Of a stretch of DNA of 33,678 nt, positions 1-9,522 are shown piece after piece. The translations under genes and the position numbers were made by a program. The stretch lies in the IMG/VR virus record IMGVR_UViG_3300037458_001098, positions 1 to 33,678 of that record. One strand, 5' to 3'. Numbering within the stretch: the stretch's first letter is position 1; each line of letters starts with the position of its first letter. The notes below the pieces were generated by a model that was not told where the DNA came from, did no database searches, and worked only from the letters and a program-made list of their open reading frames with translations. The stretch comes from a virus (lineage: Duplodnaviria > Caudoviricetes).

Positions 1-2
1 TT

Positions 3-1655
3 TGGTGGAGACTGAGAGGCGATTTTTGCTACGTTTGCAGCAGTGGCAACTCCGACCAAAGCAGCAAGTGCAAAGTTGATTGGATAAGGAGTATTTGCTA
101 AAGTCTTTTGCACGGCCATAATGCCGTCAACGGTAGCTGTTGTTACTGCTGCGGCCTTGCCGATTTCAAACAGTTTTCTGTTTGAGCTGCTGGTAAGCGT
201 GGCGATACTGGATAGAGCGTCCCTTGTACCATCTACCCTTTGCTTACTGGTCAATTGTTCGTATTGAGTAAATTGGGTTAGATTTTCTCTCCAAGCTGCG
301 TAGAATAAATCTAGCTGAGTTTTCCTGGCCTCAAGATCTTTTGAATCATTCTTTACTTGATCGGCCCCTGCTTTTTTGAGCGTGTTAGTGTTCGTTGCAG
401 CGGCCTTTTTTATTTCGTTTGATGTTTGTGCTAATACACCTTTAATTAAATCCAGTTTGTCCTGGCCGATAGTTTTTACAAATGAATCGCCAACTGCGGC
501 GAAGCTATCGATTGAACTAGTAGCAAAGTCGGTGGTTGTGGCAAATGCCGTTTCAAGGCCAATGGTTAGCGTTTCGTTAAATGTCGCAAGATTCTCGGCC
601 CATCCCTCTGGAACCAAACTATCAGGAACTAATTCAATGAATTTTTGGAGAGGTAATGTCATCGTCTTAATCATGCCAACGAAAGCAGTAGCAATCAGTG
701 TTGTTACTCCACTAATTACCGCAAGTAACCCATTAAATACCCCTGCGCCAATATTATATATGGCCTTAAATCCTGCAATAACTGGGTTAATAGCATCGAC
801 TAGGAAAATCAATGCTTCAATGACTTTCACGATTCCCTTTGCGGCAAGATCATTGAAGGGTTGAGGGGAGAACTTACCAATTATTGCAGATATTTCATCA
901 AACGCTTTAGAGGCAATATTTATTACTTTGACCACGAGAGGATTTCTAGTAACAAACTCGCCAATTTTCTCCAGCATATCACCGTAAGCATTGTTGGCCT
1001 GATCCAAGGCCCCTTTGTAAGTTTGCACTTTGGACGCCGCGGCCCCTGCAAATTGCGTATTTACTTTATCAATAGCATTAGCAAGAGTTATTGATTCCGT
1101 TGCGCCTTTTTCTACTACGATGCCAAATCGCCTGAGGCCTGTGCCTCCATCGACCGAACTTTTAACTATCTTCTGCATGGCCGAATCAAGACTAATACCC
1201 AGGGCACTAGAAAGATTTGCCGCTGCCAAAGTAGCATCTTTTAATTGTTGGCCTGAAAGCTTACCTAGCGATATTCCTAGGGCCGCAGTTTTTAGAATAA
1301 CCTCGTCGCCAATTGTAGAGTTTTTTTGTAATGAAGAAGAAAAATTTTGTAAATCCTGAGAGGCGGCATTTGTAAAAGTTCCGCTCGCTTTCATAGCTGC
1401 ATTCAAGTCGTTAATTGCTTCTTCTTGTTGAACGCTTGCTTTTACGCCTGCACTGACTACTTTAGAAAAAAAGTTAAATCCCTTACTGACTAACTCTAGA
1501 CCTTGATTAAGAACAACAACAGCACTTCCTAATGTGTCGAATGATGATTTCCCTTGTTTGGCGAGCGTTTCTAGGGATTTAGAAGATTGCTTTTGGAAAT
1601 TATTGATCGAACTTACAGCGTCGTTGATATTTGCTAATACGTCTATTTTGATCAT
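3..1655 (-). CDS. Tail tape measure protein (3'-truncated by the window edge; missing from the ORF track)
   Basis: ATG at 1655 with GAGGT RBS. The parts I translated are in one frame: MIKIDVLANINDAVSSINNFQK... and ...KLFEIGKAAAVTTATVDGIMAVQKTLANTPYPINFALAALVGVATAANVAKIASQSPP. Ala/Gly-rich helical sequence directly after the tail chaperone. Confidence 0.93.
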   Translation of the reverse strand, partial: MIKIDVLANINDAVSSINNFQKQSSKSLETLAKQGKSSFDTLGSAVVVLNQGLELVSKGFNFFSKVVSAGVKASVQQEEAINDLNAAMKASGTFTNAASQDLQNFSSSLQKNSTIGDEVILKTAALGISLGKLSGQQLKDATLAAANLSSALGISLDSAMQKIVKSSVDGGTGLRRFGIVVEKGATESITLANAIDKVNTQFAGAAASKVQTYKGALDQANNAYGDMLEKIGEFVTRNPLVVKVINIASKAFDEISAIIGKFSPQPFNDLAAKGIVKVIEALIFLVDAINPVIAGFKAIYNIGAGVFNGLLAVISGVTTLIATAFVGMIKTMTLPLQKFIELVPDSLVPEGWAENLATFNETLTIGLETAFATTTDFATSSIDSFAAVGDSFVKTIGQDKLDLIKGVLAQTSNEIKKAAATNTNTLKKAGADQVKNDSKDLEARKTQLDLFYAAWRENLTQFTQYEQLTSKQRVDGTRDALSSIATLTSSSNRKLFEIGKAAAVTTATVDGIMAVQKTLANTPYPINFALAALVGVATAANVAKIASQSPP

Positions 1656-1894
1656 CGTCGCTTACCTCTACTTTCATTTTCTAACTTAGCAAATTCCGCT
1701 TCGATGATTGTCAAATATTGCATCTCAAAAATTGTCGGACAATCACTCTTGTACTTAAATCCTAATCTGCCTGCCATTTTCCTGGTTAAGTAGTCTTCGA
1801 GGAAAATGTAACTCTCATCTATCAAATCGCCCAGTAGGGCATTGTGCCAGTAGAGTCTGCACTGGCCTTTAATTTTGTCCTCTAACCGTTTCCC
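1652..1894 (-). CDS. Tail assembly chaperone GT extension (-1 frame after the slippery site)
   Basis: The -1 frame from GGGAAAC is open (RLEDKIKGQCRLYWHNALLGD...AKLENESRGKRR*). Its TGA (1652-1654) overlaps the tape measure ATG (ATGA). Confidence 0.85.
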   Translation of the reverse strand, partial: GKRLEDKIKGQCRLYWHNALLGDLIDESYIFLEDYLTRKMAGRLGFKYKSDCPTIFEMQYLTIIEAEFAKLENESRGKRR

Positions 1895-2247
1895 AATTTA
1901 GGGCCCTGAATGATTTTAGAATAAATGGCCATATAAATATGATCGTTCCCGGCCATAAACTTCAAATCTTCAAGGTTTGCTAGGGGAGCATCGTCGCAAG
2001 TTCGTTTTAAATCAATGGCCACTAGGTATTTATCTACTGTGGCGATAGCGCTTTTCATTTGCACTAGAGGATGAATATTGGTAGCTGGCACAAGCTCATT
2101 TTTTTCATTCAATGTCATTGTCTGAGCTACCATCAAATCAAATTTTTCCTCGATGCTAATCATTTTACATTCCACCTGGCCGTAGAAAGTGATGTCGCTT
2201 TCTAGGTCAGGTGATTTTGTGTCTATGGTAAATTTCCAAGTTTTCAT
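1882..2247 (-). CDS. Tail assembly chaperone G (121 aa)
   Basis: Lies between the tail tube and tape measure genes. Likely start MKTWKF at 2247 with TAGGA RBS. Ends in the slippery site. Confidence 0.85.
   Translation of the reverse strand: MKTWKFTIDTKSPDLESDITFYGQVECKMISIEEKFDLMVAQTMTLNEKNELVPATNIHPLVQMKSAIATVDKYLVAIDLKRTCDDAPLANLEDLKFMAGNDHIYMAIYSKIIQGPKLGNG
1888..1894 (-). other. Programmed -1 frameshift slippery heptamer G GGA AAC
   Basis: X XXY YYZ heptamer ending one codon before the G stop (TTG GGA AAC GGT TAG). Position matches lambda G/GT (GGGAAAG). Confidence 0.88.
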
Positions 2248-2254
2248 TTTTATC

Positions 2255-3796
2255 CTACAAAAAGTTAATATATACGTCCTCAATCGATCCAACGAATGCC
2301 TTCGCTTCTAGGTTGAATACTTGATAGCCGTCTTGGTCGGCGATGGGAGCGCCAGTTAATGAACATTGAGGCAAATAGATATTTATGCATTTACCAGGTT
2401 CCCAGTTCCCAGCTGATTTAGTACCGGCGTTGAACATGATTGCCGTTTCTGCGTTTCGCACTAGGTTATCAAAATACTTTGATTCGTACTTGTCCAGTTT
2501 TACAGTGGCGGAAAAAGTTACCTCCCTAGATAAAACTACCGATTCAGTAATGCCAGATTCAGCACAAATGGATGGTACGTTTGTCTTGGGAGTGGAGATA
2601 GAGAAACTTACCGTAGATGCCTGAACGCAAATGTTATCGGCAAATCCTCCGATAAACAGCTGGTTATTTTTCACAATTAAGTTATCTGATCCATCATAGG
2701 CAGGAGTGAGGGCGGTATCAAAAGAGATTGCATTATCTGAAGTGTAGGTGAGTGCCCCAGTGTCGTCCGCTGCTACTGCAAAGCCCAAAGTCGTACCAAC
2801 TGAATTAGCGGCATTCGTCCCGGTGTTCCACAACAAACTAAAAGTGGCCCCTGCACTTGATAAAGTAAATTTACCAGTAGTGTTTGAATATGCGCAAGAT
2901 ATGACGTTATTTTCTGCAGCTGCAGCGGAAGCGGCCGTGCACTTTGCTGCAATTTCTCTGGCCAGGTCAATTGGCGTCTTGTAAACCTTCTCAGTCAAAA
3001 CTACCGCTAGCGTAGAAGCGTCGTCGGTAATGTCGATATACTTATTCGTCGCTGTGATTCTAATAGGATTGAAATAAAAGTTGATCCCCTCAAACTCGAA
3101 ATTAATCTCAGCAAATCCCAAAGCTGGTAACTGAATGTCCATTGAAGTTGTTCGACATCCGGCCATTGCTTGCTTATAAGCTGATCCAGTTCGTGCCTGC
3201 CAGTGGTGGACTGAGAAAGTAGGATGGGCATTGCCTGGACGAAAAGCAATCGCTTTACCTAGTGCTACTCCCGATGCAGGGGCCGCTGATAAATTAAAGT
3301 TCAAGTCTAGCTGATTGCCTACTGAATCGACATTATAGACGTTACGAATTGAGTAATTGTTAACTCCGTCTTTAATTAAAATCGCCTGGCCTTTGACAAA
3401 GTTATCTTCTGCATCCGCTGCCATTTCAAGTGAGGCCCTTGCGGTTGCTGAACCGGCATTTGATCCGGCCGTTACTGAATATTCCGTTGAGTTGACAGTA
3501 ACCGCTCCCATGGCGCTTTCAATTAATATCGCATACTCTGGCGCCACTCCCTCGGTTCCATGCTTTAAGTACTTAGGGAATGATCCGGTGGGCGCTTCCC
3601 TTGTAACAAAAGACTTAGACGCTCCAATTGAACCAGCTACCAGTACGTCACTGTCAATTGTTTCCACTGCTCCCGAGATAGCGGCCCCTTCTCGTACCTC
3701 AATAAATTGTGATCCGGCCGTAAGCTCTTTTAGTACGCCTTCGGTATCTTCTTTTATCATCCCGACTATTTGTGACTTAGAAACGTAACTGGCCAT
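2255..3796 (-). CDS. Major tail tube protein with inserted beta-rich domains
   Basis: Position upstream of G/GT. Tube-like termini (IVGMIKEDTEGV...; SREVTFSATV...INIYLPQC...FNLEAKA). 513 aa implies extra domains. Confidence 0.8.
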   Translation of the reverse strand: MASYVSKSQIVGMIKEDTEGVLKELTAGSQFIEVREGAAISGAVETIDSDVLVAGSIGASKSFVTREAPTGSFPKYLKHGTEGVAPEYAILIESAMGAVTVNSTEYSVTAGSNAGSATARASLEMAADAEDNFVKGQAILIKDGVNNYSIRNVYNVDSVGNQLDLNFNLSAAPASGVALGKAIAFRPGNAHPTFSVHHWQARTGSAYKQAMAGCRTTSMDIQLPALGFAEINFEFEGINFYFNPIRITATNKYIDITDDASTLAVVLTEKVYKTPIDLAREIAAKCTAASAAAAENNVISCAYSNTTGKFTLSSAGATFSLLWNTGTNAANSVGTTLGFAVAADDTGALTYTSDNAISFDTALTPAYDGSDNLIVKNNQLFIGGFADNICVQASTVSFSISTPKTNVPSICAESGITESVVLSREVTFSATVKLDKYESKYFDNLVRNAETAIMFNAGTKSAGNWEPGKCINIYLPQCSLTGAPIADQDGYQVFNLEAKAFVGSIEDVYINFL

Positions 3797-3805
3797 ATGG
3801 TACTC

Positions 3806-4270
3806 CTAGGTATTCTTTATTGTTTCAGTATATTCTATCGAGAAGCTAATATCAGCATATATTAAATTGTGCTTACCAGCAGCAACAAAGTTGATTCCAC
3901 TGCCTCCGGTGTAGTCAATTTTTTGAATGTTGGCAGCACTAGCAATTTGGTCATGGGCAAGCATATCATCCTTGACCGTGCGAATGTCCTCGAGGAGGTT
4001 TTTACTCTCCGTTACTAAATTAGTGTTATCAACTTCTAGCCGGTAAACCTCTCTTGTGAGGATAACGGTGAATGTCCTGGCCTCGTTGTCCAGGCAGTAC
4101 ACTTGGAATCCTGCCGGCGATCCGTCGCCAATTACCACTCCCCAACCGTTTTTCAGGAATTGGATTGGATTATCTGACAAGCTGTAAGGATTGGGGATTT
4201 CTGTCTTGCCTGTAAGTTTTGAAGCAAGTGCAGTCCTGACAGCATCGTAAATCGTGCTTATTTTTGTCAT
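3806..4270 (-). CDS. Probable tail terminator / tail completion protein
   Basis: 154 aa immediately upstream of the tail tube. N-terminal helix (IYDAVRTALASKL) and C-terminal FSIEY strand typical of gpU-like proteins. Confidence 0.6.
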   Translation of the reverse strand: MTKISTIYDAVRTALASKLTGKTEIPNPYSLSDNPIQFLKNGWGVVIGDGSPAGFQVYCLDNEARTFTVILTREVYRLEVDNTNLVTESKNLLEDIRTVKDDMLAHDQIASAANIQKIDYTGGSGINFVAAGKHNLIYADISFSIEYTETIKNT

Positions 4271-5100
4271 TGGTAAAGGTATCCTTGGCGAAATCTGCCT
4301 TCAGCAAGAGATAGATCGCCATCATTATTTAAGTCAACGCTCAGTATCTGACCGTCAACTCTCCTCATATATTCTTTATTGGCTGCTGCTCGCTGGTCGG
4401 TGTAATCGTCGCCCAGCAAATTATAAATGATCTCGGCAGTTTTTGAGACTGTCATGCTTTCCATTTTGCGTCGGTCGAGAATCTGAGACTGATTGGTAAT
4501 AATCCTCCGCTGTATCAAATCCTCAATTACCAACCTAGAGGCCCTGATAATTTGCTCTTCCCATGTCGTCTTGCCAGATTCAACCGCCCCTAGGAGAGTC
4601 GTAGACTTAAATTCGGGATACTCGGTTTTTAGATCATTGTCGGTAATAAAGCAATGGCCTACCCAGGTAAGCGCAAACGCAGCGTCTCCACTTAATTTTA
4701 GTCTGGTCCAATACTGATCGTAGATATTCACGCCGCCAAGGCCTGTAACTCGCTCGCCTCCGCCACTATGCTTAGTGTCCTCTCTGCTCCAACTGGATTT
4801 GAATCGGTTGACTTGCCAGGTAACGTAACCGCTTTTTTTGAAACCTGTCGTTTCGTCCTGCACTTCAATAGAGGAAACCCACTCGCTGCCATTCCAGTAG
4901 TCAATTGAAGGAGTAACGGTCGTTACGGCCGCTGTTTTTACTTTAAAGTAAATAGAATTGAACGGGTAAGGGGATCCTAAAAACAAATAATCTTCCGCTG
5001 CTACAAAAGCAAAAGAGGAATCACCGCCATAGAGGTTATTAATATCAAGTGAAATATCACTGAGAGTACCATCATCGGAGTAGACTACTCGATAATTCAC
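4267..5100 (-). CDS. Probable head-tail adaptor with an N-terminal beta domain
   Basis: C-terminal half (FITDNDLKTEYP...WEEQIIRASRLVIEDL...VDLNNDG) resembles helical head-tail connectors. Located in the neck region. Confidence 0.55.
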   Translation of the reverse strand: MNYRVVYSDDGTLSDISLDINNLYGGDSSFAFVAAEDYLFLGSPYPFNSIYFKVKTAAVTTVTPSIDYWNGSEWVSSIEVQDETTGFKKSGYVTWQVNRFKSSWSREDTKHSGGGERVTGLGGVNIYDQYWTRLKLSGDAAFALTWVGHCFITDNDLKTEYPEFKSTTLLGAVESGKTTWEEQIIRASRLVIEDLIQRRIITNQSQILDRRKMESMTVSKTAEIIYNLLGDDYTDQRAAANKEYMRRVDGQILSVDLNNDGDLSLAEGRFRQGYLYQ

Positions 5101-5735
5101 GACACCACCTCGCTATGCTGAAAGATTTTAGTTCCCCAGTCGTAAACGTCATCCGGGGAAAATACCTCACGGCCATAGATTTGGGAAGTTTGAATCATAT
5201 CATTGACCGCATTGTTACTAGGAACCAGAAGGGCATAGATAAACTCGCTACAATAAAAAACTTTATTCCCATTATCCAAATCTTGCTCAAAGTCATAGCG
5301 AAAACTCTCCATCTCGGCCTCTATCATTTCAAGACCTTTGTAATATCTCTCAACATCCTGTACTTGATAGGCGACAACGGCAAAATAATCACACTCTTTA
5401 AGAGCATGGAGAATATGTCTTTTAACCAGGCCTGAAGGTTGCATTTCCAATATGTAGTTTGGATCTGCACAAATTACTCCTGCGTGTGTCCACCGACAAC
5501 CAATTGCGCTTATCAACCTCGCTGCTAAACTTTCCTTGTCGGACAATACAAAGAAGTAGACGCATTGCTTGTGATCTTTATTGAAATTCTGAATTGCCCA
5601 GATTATTTCTTGGTATTTCTCGATAGGAAACGTCGGATAACCTTTGATCCTGGTAGTATATACGGCCAGAACTTTACTACAAAACCATATCCAGATTGGC
5701 AACTTTGAGATTATTTTGAATAGTAAGTTCATCAT
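5097..5735 (-). CDS. Permuted papain-like NlpC/P60 enzyme (YiiX/YaeF, Peptidase_C92-like)
   Basis: WTHAGVI (His) precedes RYDF and FYCSEFIY (Cys), with a C-terminal FSPDD. His-before-Cys order is the permuted signature. Hydrophobic N-terminus. Confidence 0.8.
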   Translation of the reverse strand: MMNLLFKIISKLPIWIWFCSKVLAVYTTRIKGYPTFPIEKYQEIIWAIQNFNKDHKQCVYFFVLSDKESLAARLISAIGCRWTHAGVICADPNYILEMQPSGLVKRHILHALKECDYFAVVAYQVQDVERYYKGLEMIEAEMESFRYDFEQDLDNGNKVFYCSEFIYALLVPSNNAVNDMIQTSQIYGREVFSPDDVYDWGTKIFQHSEVVS

Positions 5736-7165
5736 TACTCAAACTCCACCACTGAGATTGCAGAATGAACAACCGACGTACTGGTAAAAGTAAATGCTCT
5801 GACTAAAAATATCTGGGACTTATTTGATGCATAGCTTTGTTTGATTATTAAGTTCTCATCTAAAATATCGAGAGGCTTTTGAGATTCCACGGCCCCTGCT
5901 CTTGCGGATCCGCCTAATCCACCTGCTATCACAATTGAACTATCAAGCAAAGTCTGCCTTGTAGCAGTAATATTGATACCAGTCCCTCTCGCTACTTCGC
6001 AGGCCGAACGATCATTAACTGAAGTCCAAGTGCTAGTATCAGCACTATAATCTGTTACTTTGTAAATCTCGAAATATGTATTCTCTGAAACAGAAAAATT
6101 ACTTACCTCTGCAAGTAGCGCTGTTTTGCGATTTGGAGAGAGCAGAAAAGAATCTTTTAACTTAATCGCCATCACATTAACGCCAGCAGTAGTGGCCGTG
6201 ATGGTCGTGCCCCTGGTATTGGCGTGAAAAATTAGACCTGTAGGTTTTGATCCTGCTTCGTTTGCACATGAACAACAAATTTCTCGTAAGGTGAATGGCC
6301 CATTGGCGACCAGTGACCTTGCCTCTACGAACAACCCATCGCTATCATCGAAATAACCGATCCTTCCGTAAGCATACGTTCCATCACTGACTAATTCGTA
6401 CCGCATGGGTAAGCTAGGAGTTCTCATATAAGGAACAGTGTCGCTGTTTGGGTTTTCTATTTCATGTATCTCTATCAAATTACCCTTTGAGCACATTATA
6501 GCATGGCGTGAGTTACCCAGTGCCAACCACTGAAAGTCAATATGAAATATTTGTGCCTTATTAAAATCTACAACTACGTTACAACGGTTCGTGGGAGAGT
6601 CTACCGCATCTACCGTATTTCTATTCCATTCTGACTGAGGTGTCTTATAATCAACCACTATGCCGCTAACAGAACTCCTCCTCACAACGGCCACTTGATT
6701 AATTGGTTTATCAAGAAGGAAACCGGTCATCTCTATCAATTGCGATTTACCAGGAATGTAAGTTAGATATTTTGTTTGCCTGAGTGCCCTGTCGCCATTT
6801 GCTCCGGAAATTACCAGGTCAACGGATGCCTTCGTACGGTCAAATGTAATACTTGCCGTACCGGATACTACTTCATCGAAAAGATCTTCGCTTTTTGATG
6901 ATATGTTTTTGTTGTCAAAAATATCTATAGGCAAAGAAGTTCTAAGACGACCGAAAGCATCCAAAGATTGAGATCTCCCATATGCTGTCTTGAGCATCTT
7001 TTGGATATTGCTGCCCGATTCATGAACAGCAATACCCTCAAAATCGTCCTGTGTTCTTTTTCTTACCAGGCCATTACTGTCAATTTTATGACAATATTTT
7101 TCTAAAGAGCTAATATGGGAAGCACTGACAGTTTGATCCTGAATAGATTCGTCAAATGGTGTCAT
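5735..7165 (-). CDS. Conserved phage virion-associated beta-sandwich protein
   Basis: Motifs DAFGRLRTS, YIPGKSQ, KAQIFHIDFQWL and YMRTPSLPMRYE recognised from a widespread uncharacterised phage family. Located in the structural operon. Confidence 0.55.
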   Translation of the reverse strand: MTPFDESIQDQTVSASHISSLEKYCHKIDSNGLVRKRTQDDFEGIAVHESGSNIQKMLKTAYGRSQSLDAFGRLRTSLPIDIFDNKNISSKSEDLFDEVVSGTASITFDRTKASVDLVISGANGDRALRQTKYLTYIPGKSQLIEMTGFLLDKPINQVAVVRRSSVSGIVVDYKTPQSEWNRNTVDAVDSPTNRCNVVVDFNKAQIFHIDFQWLALGNSRHAIMCSKGNLIEIHEIENPNSDTVPYMRTPSLPMRYELVSDGTYAYGRIGYFDDSDGLFVEARSLVANGPFTLREICCSCANEAGSKPTGLIFHANTRGTTITATTAGVNVMAIKLKDSFLLSPNRKTALLAEVSNFSVSENTYFEIYKVTDYSADTSTWTSVNDRSACEVARGTGINITATRQTLLDSSIVIAGGLGGSARAGAVESQKPLDILDENLIIKQSYASNKSQIFLVRAFTFTSTSVVHSAISVVEFE

Positions 7166-7255
7166 GTAGACCTTTTTTTGTTCATAAAAGCATCACCAAT
7201 ACGGTTTATTTTACATCAAATTTGAGGTATGTCGAGACTATACCGGAGGTGGAAA

Positions 7256-7972
7256 ATGGACGAAGTCTGGAAAGATTGCATATGCTACGAAAATAGCTAT
7301 GAAATTAGTAATTATGGAAGGGTAAGGAGTAAGGACAGATATGTCCCGTGTAACACCGGAATCAAATTTGTGCCATCTGTTTTATTAAAACCCTCAGCGG
7401 GGAATGGTGGTTATCTTGCAACTACTCTTTACGGATGGGGTTTAAAAATAGGCTATTATACTCATCGCCTAGTCTGGGAAACATTTCAGGGAGGTATCCC
7501 TTGTGATATGGAGATAAACCACATAGACGGCGACAAGAAAAATAATTTTATTGGGAATCTTGAGGTGGTAACACCTTCTGAAAATCAGATTCATGCTCAT
7601 AAGATAGGACTGGCCAAAGGGCAGACAGGTCACAGAGGTAGCGGTATTGACGAAGGTGATATTATTCGCATATTTGCCCTTTCAAAGAAAGGTATTACAA
7701 ATAAAGAGATATCAGAAATTTACAAAGTTTCGCCCTCATATATCTCGCAAATAATCACAGGAAGCGCCTGGCAGCATCTTATACGCCCCAGTCAATATGA
7801 ATATAAGCGAAAAAATAGAATGCCATTAGACCAGAGCGTTGTTATGCAAATAAAAAGAAAGTTGAAGAATGGTCAATCTATAAAAGAAATATCGCTAGAA
7901 TGCAACGTTCCCATAACTACTATTAGTAAAATAAAGCAAGGTAAACGGCATTCTAGCGTAAAAATTGATTAA
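7256..7972 (+). CDS. NUMOD4-HNH homing endonuclease with C-terminal HTH domains (free-standing, antisense to the late operon)
   Basis: EVWKDC..YENSYEISNYGRVRS (NUMOD4) and HRLVWETF...INHIDGDKKNN..NLE (HNH), then two HTH-like segments. GGAGGT RBS before ATG 7256 (alternative start 7229). Confidence 0.92.
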   Translation: MDEVWKDCICYENSYEISNYGRVRSKDRYVPCNTGIKFVPSVLLKPSAGNGGYLATTLYGWGLKIGYYTHRLVWETFQGGIPCDMEINHIDGDKKNNFIGNLEVVTPSENQIHAHKIGLAKGQTGHRGSGIDEGDIIRIFALSKKGITNKEISEIYKVSPSYISQIITGSAWQHLIRPSQYEYKRKNRMPLDQSVVMQIKRKLKNGQSIKEISLECNVPITTISKIKQGKRHSSVKID

Positions 7973-8374
7973 TTAAACTCTTGCATACACTCTAAAAGTA
8001 AACGTAATTTTTCCTGCTGTCGCAGCGAAGGCCTCAATGCCCATTACAATCTTTTCGCCATCAGCAAGCTCCACAATTTTACCAGCGGTTTCTGAGGATA
8101 CTTGAGCGTCGAGAGTGAGCGTCCCCTTTACAACGTCTGTCCAAAACTCACCTCCGCCATCTCCCTTTCCGAGGTCAAATAGAATGGCATCGGCACTAGT
8201 CACAGCGGCCTTTACGTCTGCATTAACTAGTTCAACAAGCAAGTTTCCGCTAGCTTCTAAAAGGTCATAGTCTTTGATGGCCCCGCCATCGACTGCAAAG
8301 TCGTACGTCACTCGAACTAGTTCGCTCGCATTGCCAAAGGGCGCTCCAACTATTTTTTTATCTGCAACTGACAT
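7973..8374 (-). CDS. Probable capsid decoration / minor head protein
   Basis: 133 aa, beta-rich and acidic (VRVTYDFAVDGGA...TAGKITFTFRVY), two genes after the major capsid. Confidence 0.5.
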   Translation of the reverse strand: MSVADKKIVGAPFGNASELVRVTYDFAVDGGAIKDYDLLEASGNLLVELVNADVKAAVTSADAILFDLGKGDGGGEFWTDVVKGTLTLDAQVSSETAGKIVELADGEKIVMGIEAFAATAGKITFTFRVYARV

Positions 8375-8377
8375 GAT

Positions 8378-8617
8378 TTACTCCTTATTCAATTCTTTTG
8401 TTATTTGTTCCAAACTTTTCGCTTTCTTTTTACTGTTGTTCTCCAGTCTCATATCCATTGGGCGATCAAACCTTAACCAAGCATAGTGACGGCCATTAAC
8501 TCCGTATAATGCAATGATGTCGAACATCTCTGTGAAAGCTCGGATTCTTTCCATCAGTTTTTCAGGGTCAGAATCCGAGATTACTTGCATACGTCTATAC
8601 TTGTTAAGCATTACCAC
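8378..8617 (-). CDS. Small hypothetical protein downstream of the capsid gene
   Basis: 79 aa, tightly packed in the operon, AGGTGAG RBS. Confidence 0.6.
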   Translation of the reverse strand: MVMLNKYRRMQVISDSDPEKLMERIRAFTEMFDIIALYGVNGRHYAWLRFDRPMDMRLENNSKKKAKSLEQITKELNKE

Positions 8618-8624
8618 TCACCTA

Positions 8625-9506
8625 TTAGGTATTGAAAACTACTTGGTGTAAGTTTGCAAAGTCATGCCCTTCTTTTACACCACAAACCATAGATGCAACA
8701 AGCAAGTATCCAAATTGCTTATTAGATGCAAGGCTAGCAATTTCAAAAACTGGTTGTTGTTGAGTTACCAGGTGTAAAAAGTCAGGATGAAATGCTACTG
8801 CCACGTCCTCAGAATCAGTGCCGCCTTCTTTTGCGATAACTGAAAGGAGGCCGTCTGAGTTATCTTCATAAATCATAAAGCCATATCTTTGCTGCGCCAG
8901 GATTCCAGATGGAACAGATTGTTCGCCTACGAAATCATTGCTAACCACAGTTTGACTTTGGATTAAGTCAGAGTAGTAGGAAGGATCTGCAACAACGTAG
9001 AAGGGTTTATTTTTCATCCACTTTTTCTGGCCTGCGAATTTTTTCAGTTTGGCCAATTGAGAGGCGTTGAAATCGGTAACGGTTTCATAAGGAGTAGTTG
9101 CATTTACCTTTGAGTAGATTAGGCCGTTTAATTTAATGCTCATGGCCTGCAGTAAATTTGCCCGAATCAATGATTCATTCTTTTCAAGCTCGGTTTGAAG
9201 CTGAACCAGGCTTGAAAATTCATATGCCGCAGATATCACATTGTCCGCCACGATAGCAATTCTTGAAGTGGTCAGTTTCTCGGTTGAAAAGTATGCGGCC
9301 TCTGCGCTTGAAGTAGAAGCAATGGAGGCGGTCGGTCTGCTGACCTGAGATGAATAAACAGTATCTCCGCCTTGTCGGATTACTCCGTCGTAGCTTTTGT
9401 CAACCAAACTGGCCATGATATTAGTTTCTAGTAGCTCGCCCTTCCATGTAGGGGCCCAAAATTTATTAACTTGTTCGCTTAGGTCGCTTAAAAGTGTAAC
9501 GCTCAT
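8625..9506 (-). CDS. Major capsid protein (HK97 fold, P22-coat-like)
   Basis: Follows the scaffold. Motifs FWAPTW, YDGVIRQGGDTV, YVVADPSYYSDLI, YGFMIYEDN and VAFHPD. AGGAG RBS. Confidence 0.88.
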   Translation of the reverse strand: MSVTLLSDLSEQVNKFWAPTWKGELLETNIMASLVDKSYDGVIRQGGDTVYSSQVSRPTASIASTSSAEAAYFSTEKLTTSRIAIVADNVISAAYEFSSLVQLQTELEKNESLIRANLLQAMSIKLNGLIYSKVNATTPYETVTDFNASQLAKLKKFAGQKKWMKNKPFYVVADPSYYSDLIQSQTVVSNDFVGEQSVPSGILAQQRYGFMIYEDNSDGLLSVIAKEGGTDSEDVAVAFHPDFLHLVTQQQPVFEIASLASNKQFGYLLVASMVCGVKEGHDFANLHQVVFNT

Positions 9507-9522
9507 TTTTTATCTCCTGTGT

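Noticed and set aside
376-1359. + strand ORFs of 162, 77 and 109 aa
   Set aside because: Antisense shadows of the tape measure gene. The same applies to the short + ORFs over the tail tube, portal, hub and fibre genes.
1846-1866. GCCAGT/ACTGGC hairpin as frameshift stimulator
   Set aside because: It lies about 21 nt downstream of the slippery site, beyond the usual 5-9 nt spacing.
7166-7972. Group I intron carrying the HNH
   Set aside because: Flanking genes are complete, the HNH is antisense, and there is no room for intron core elements.
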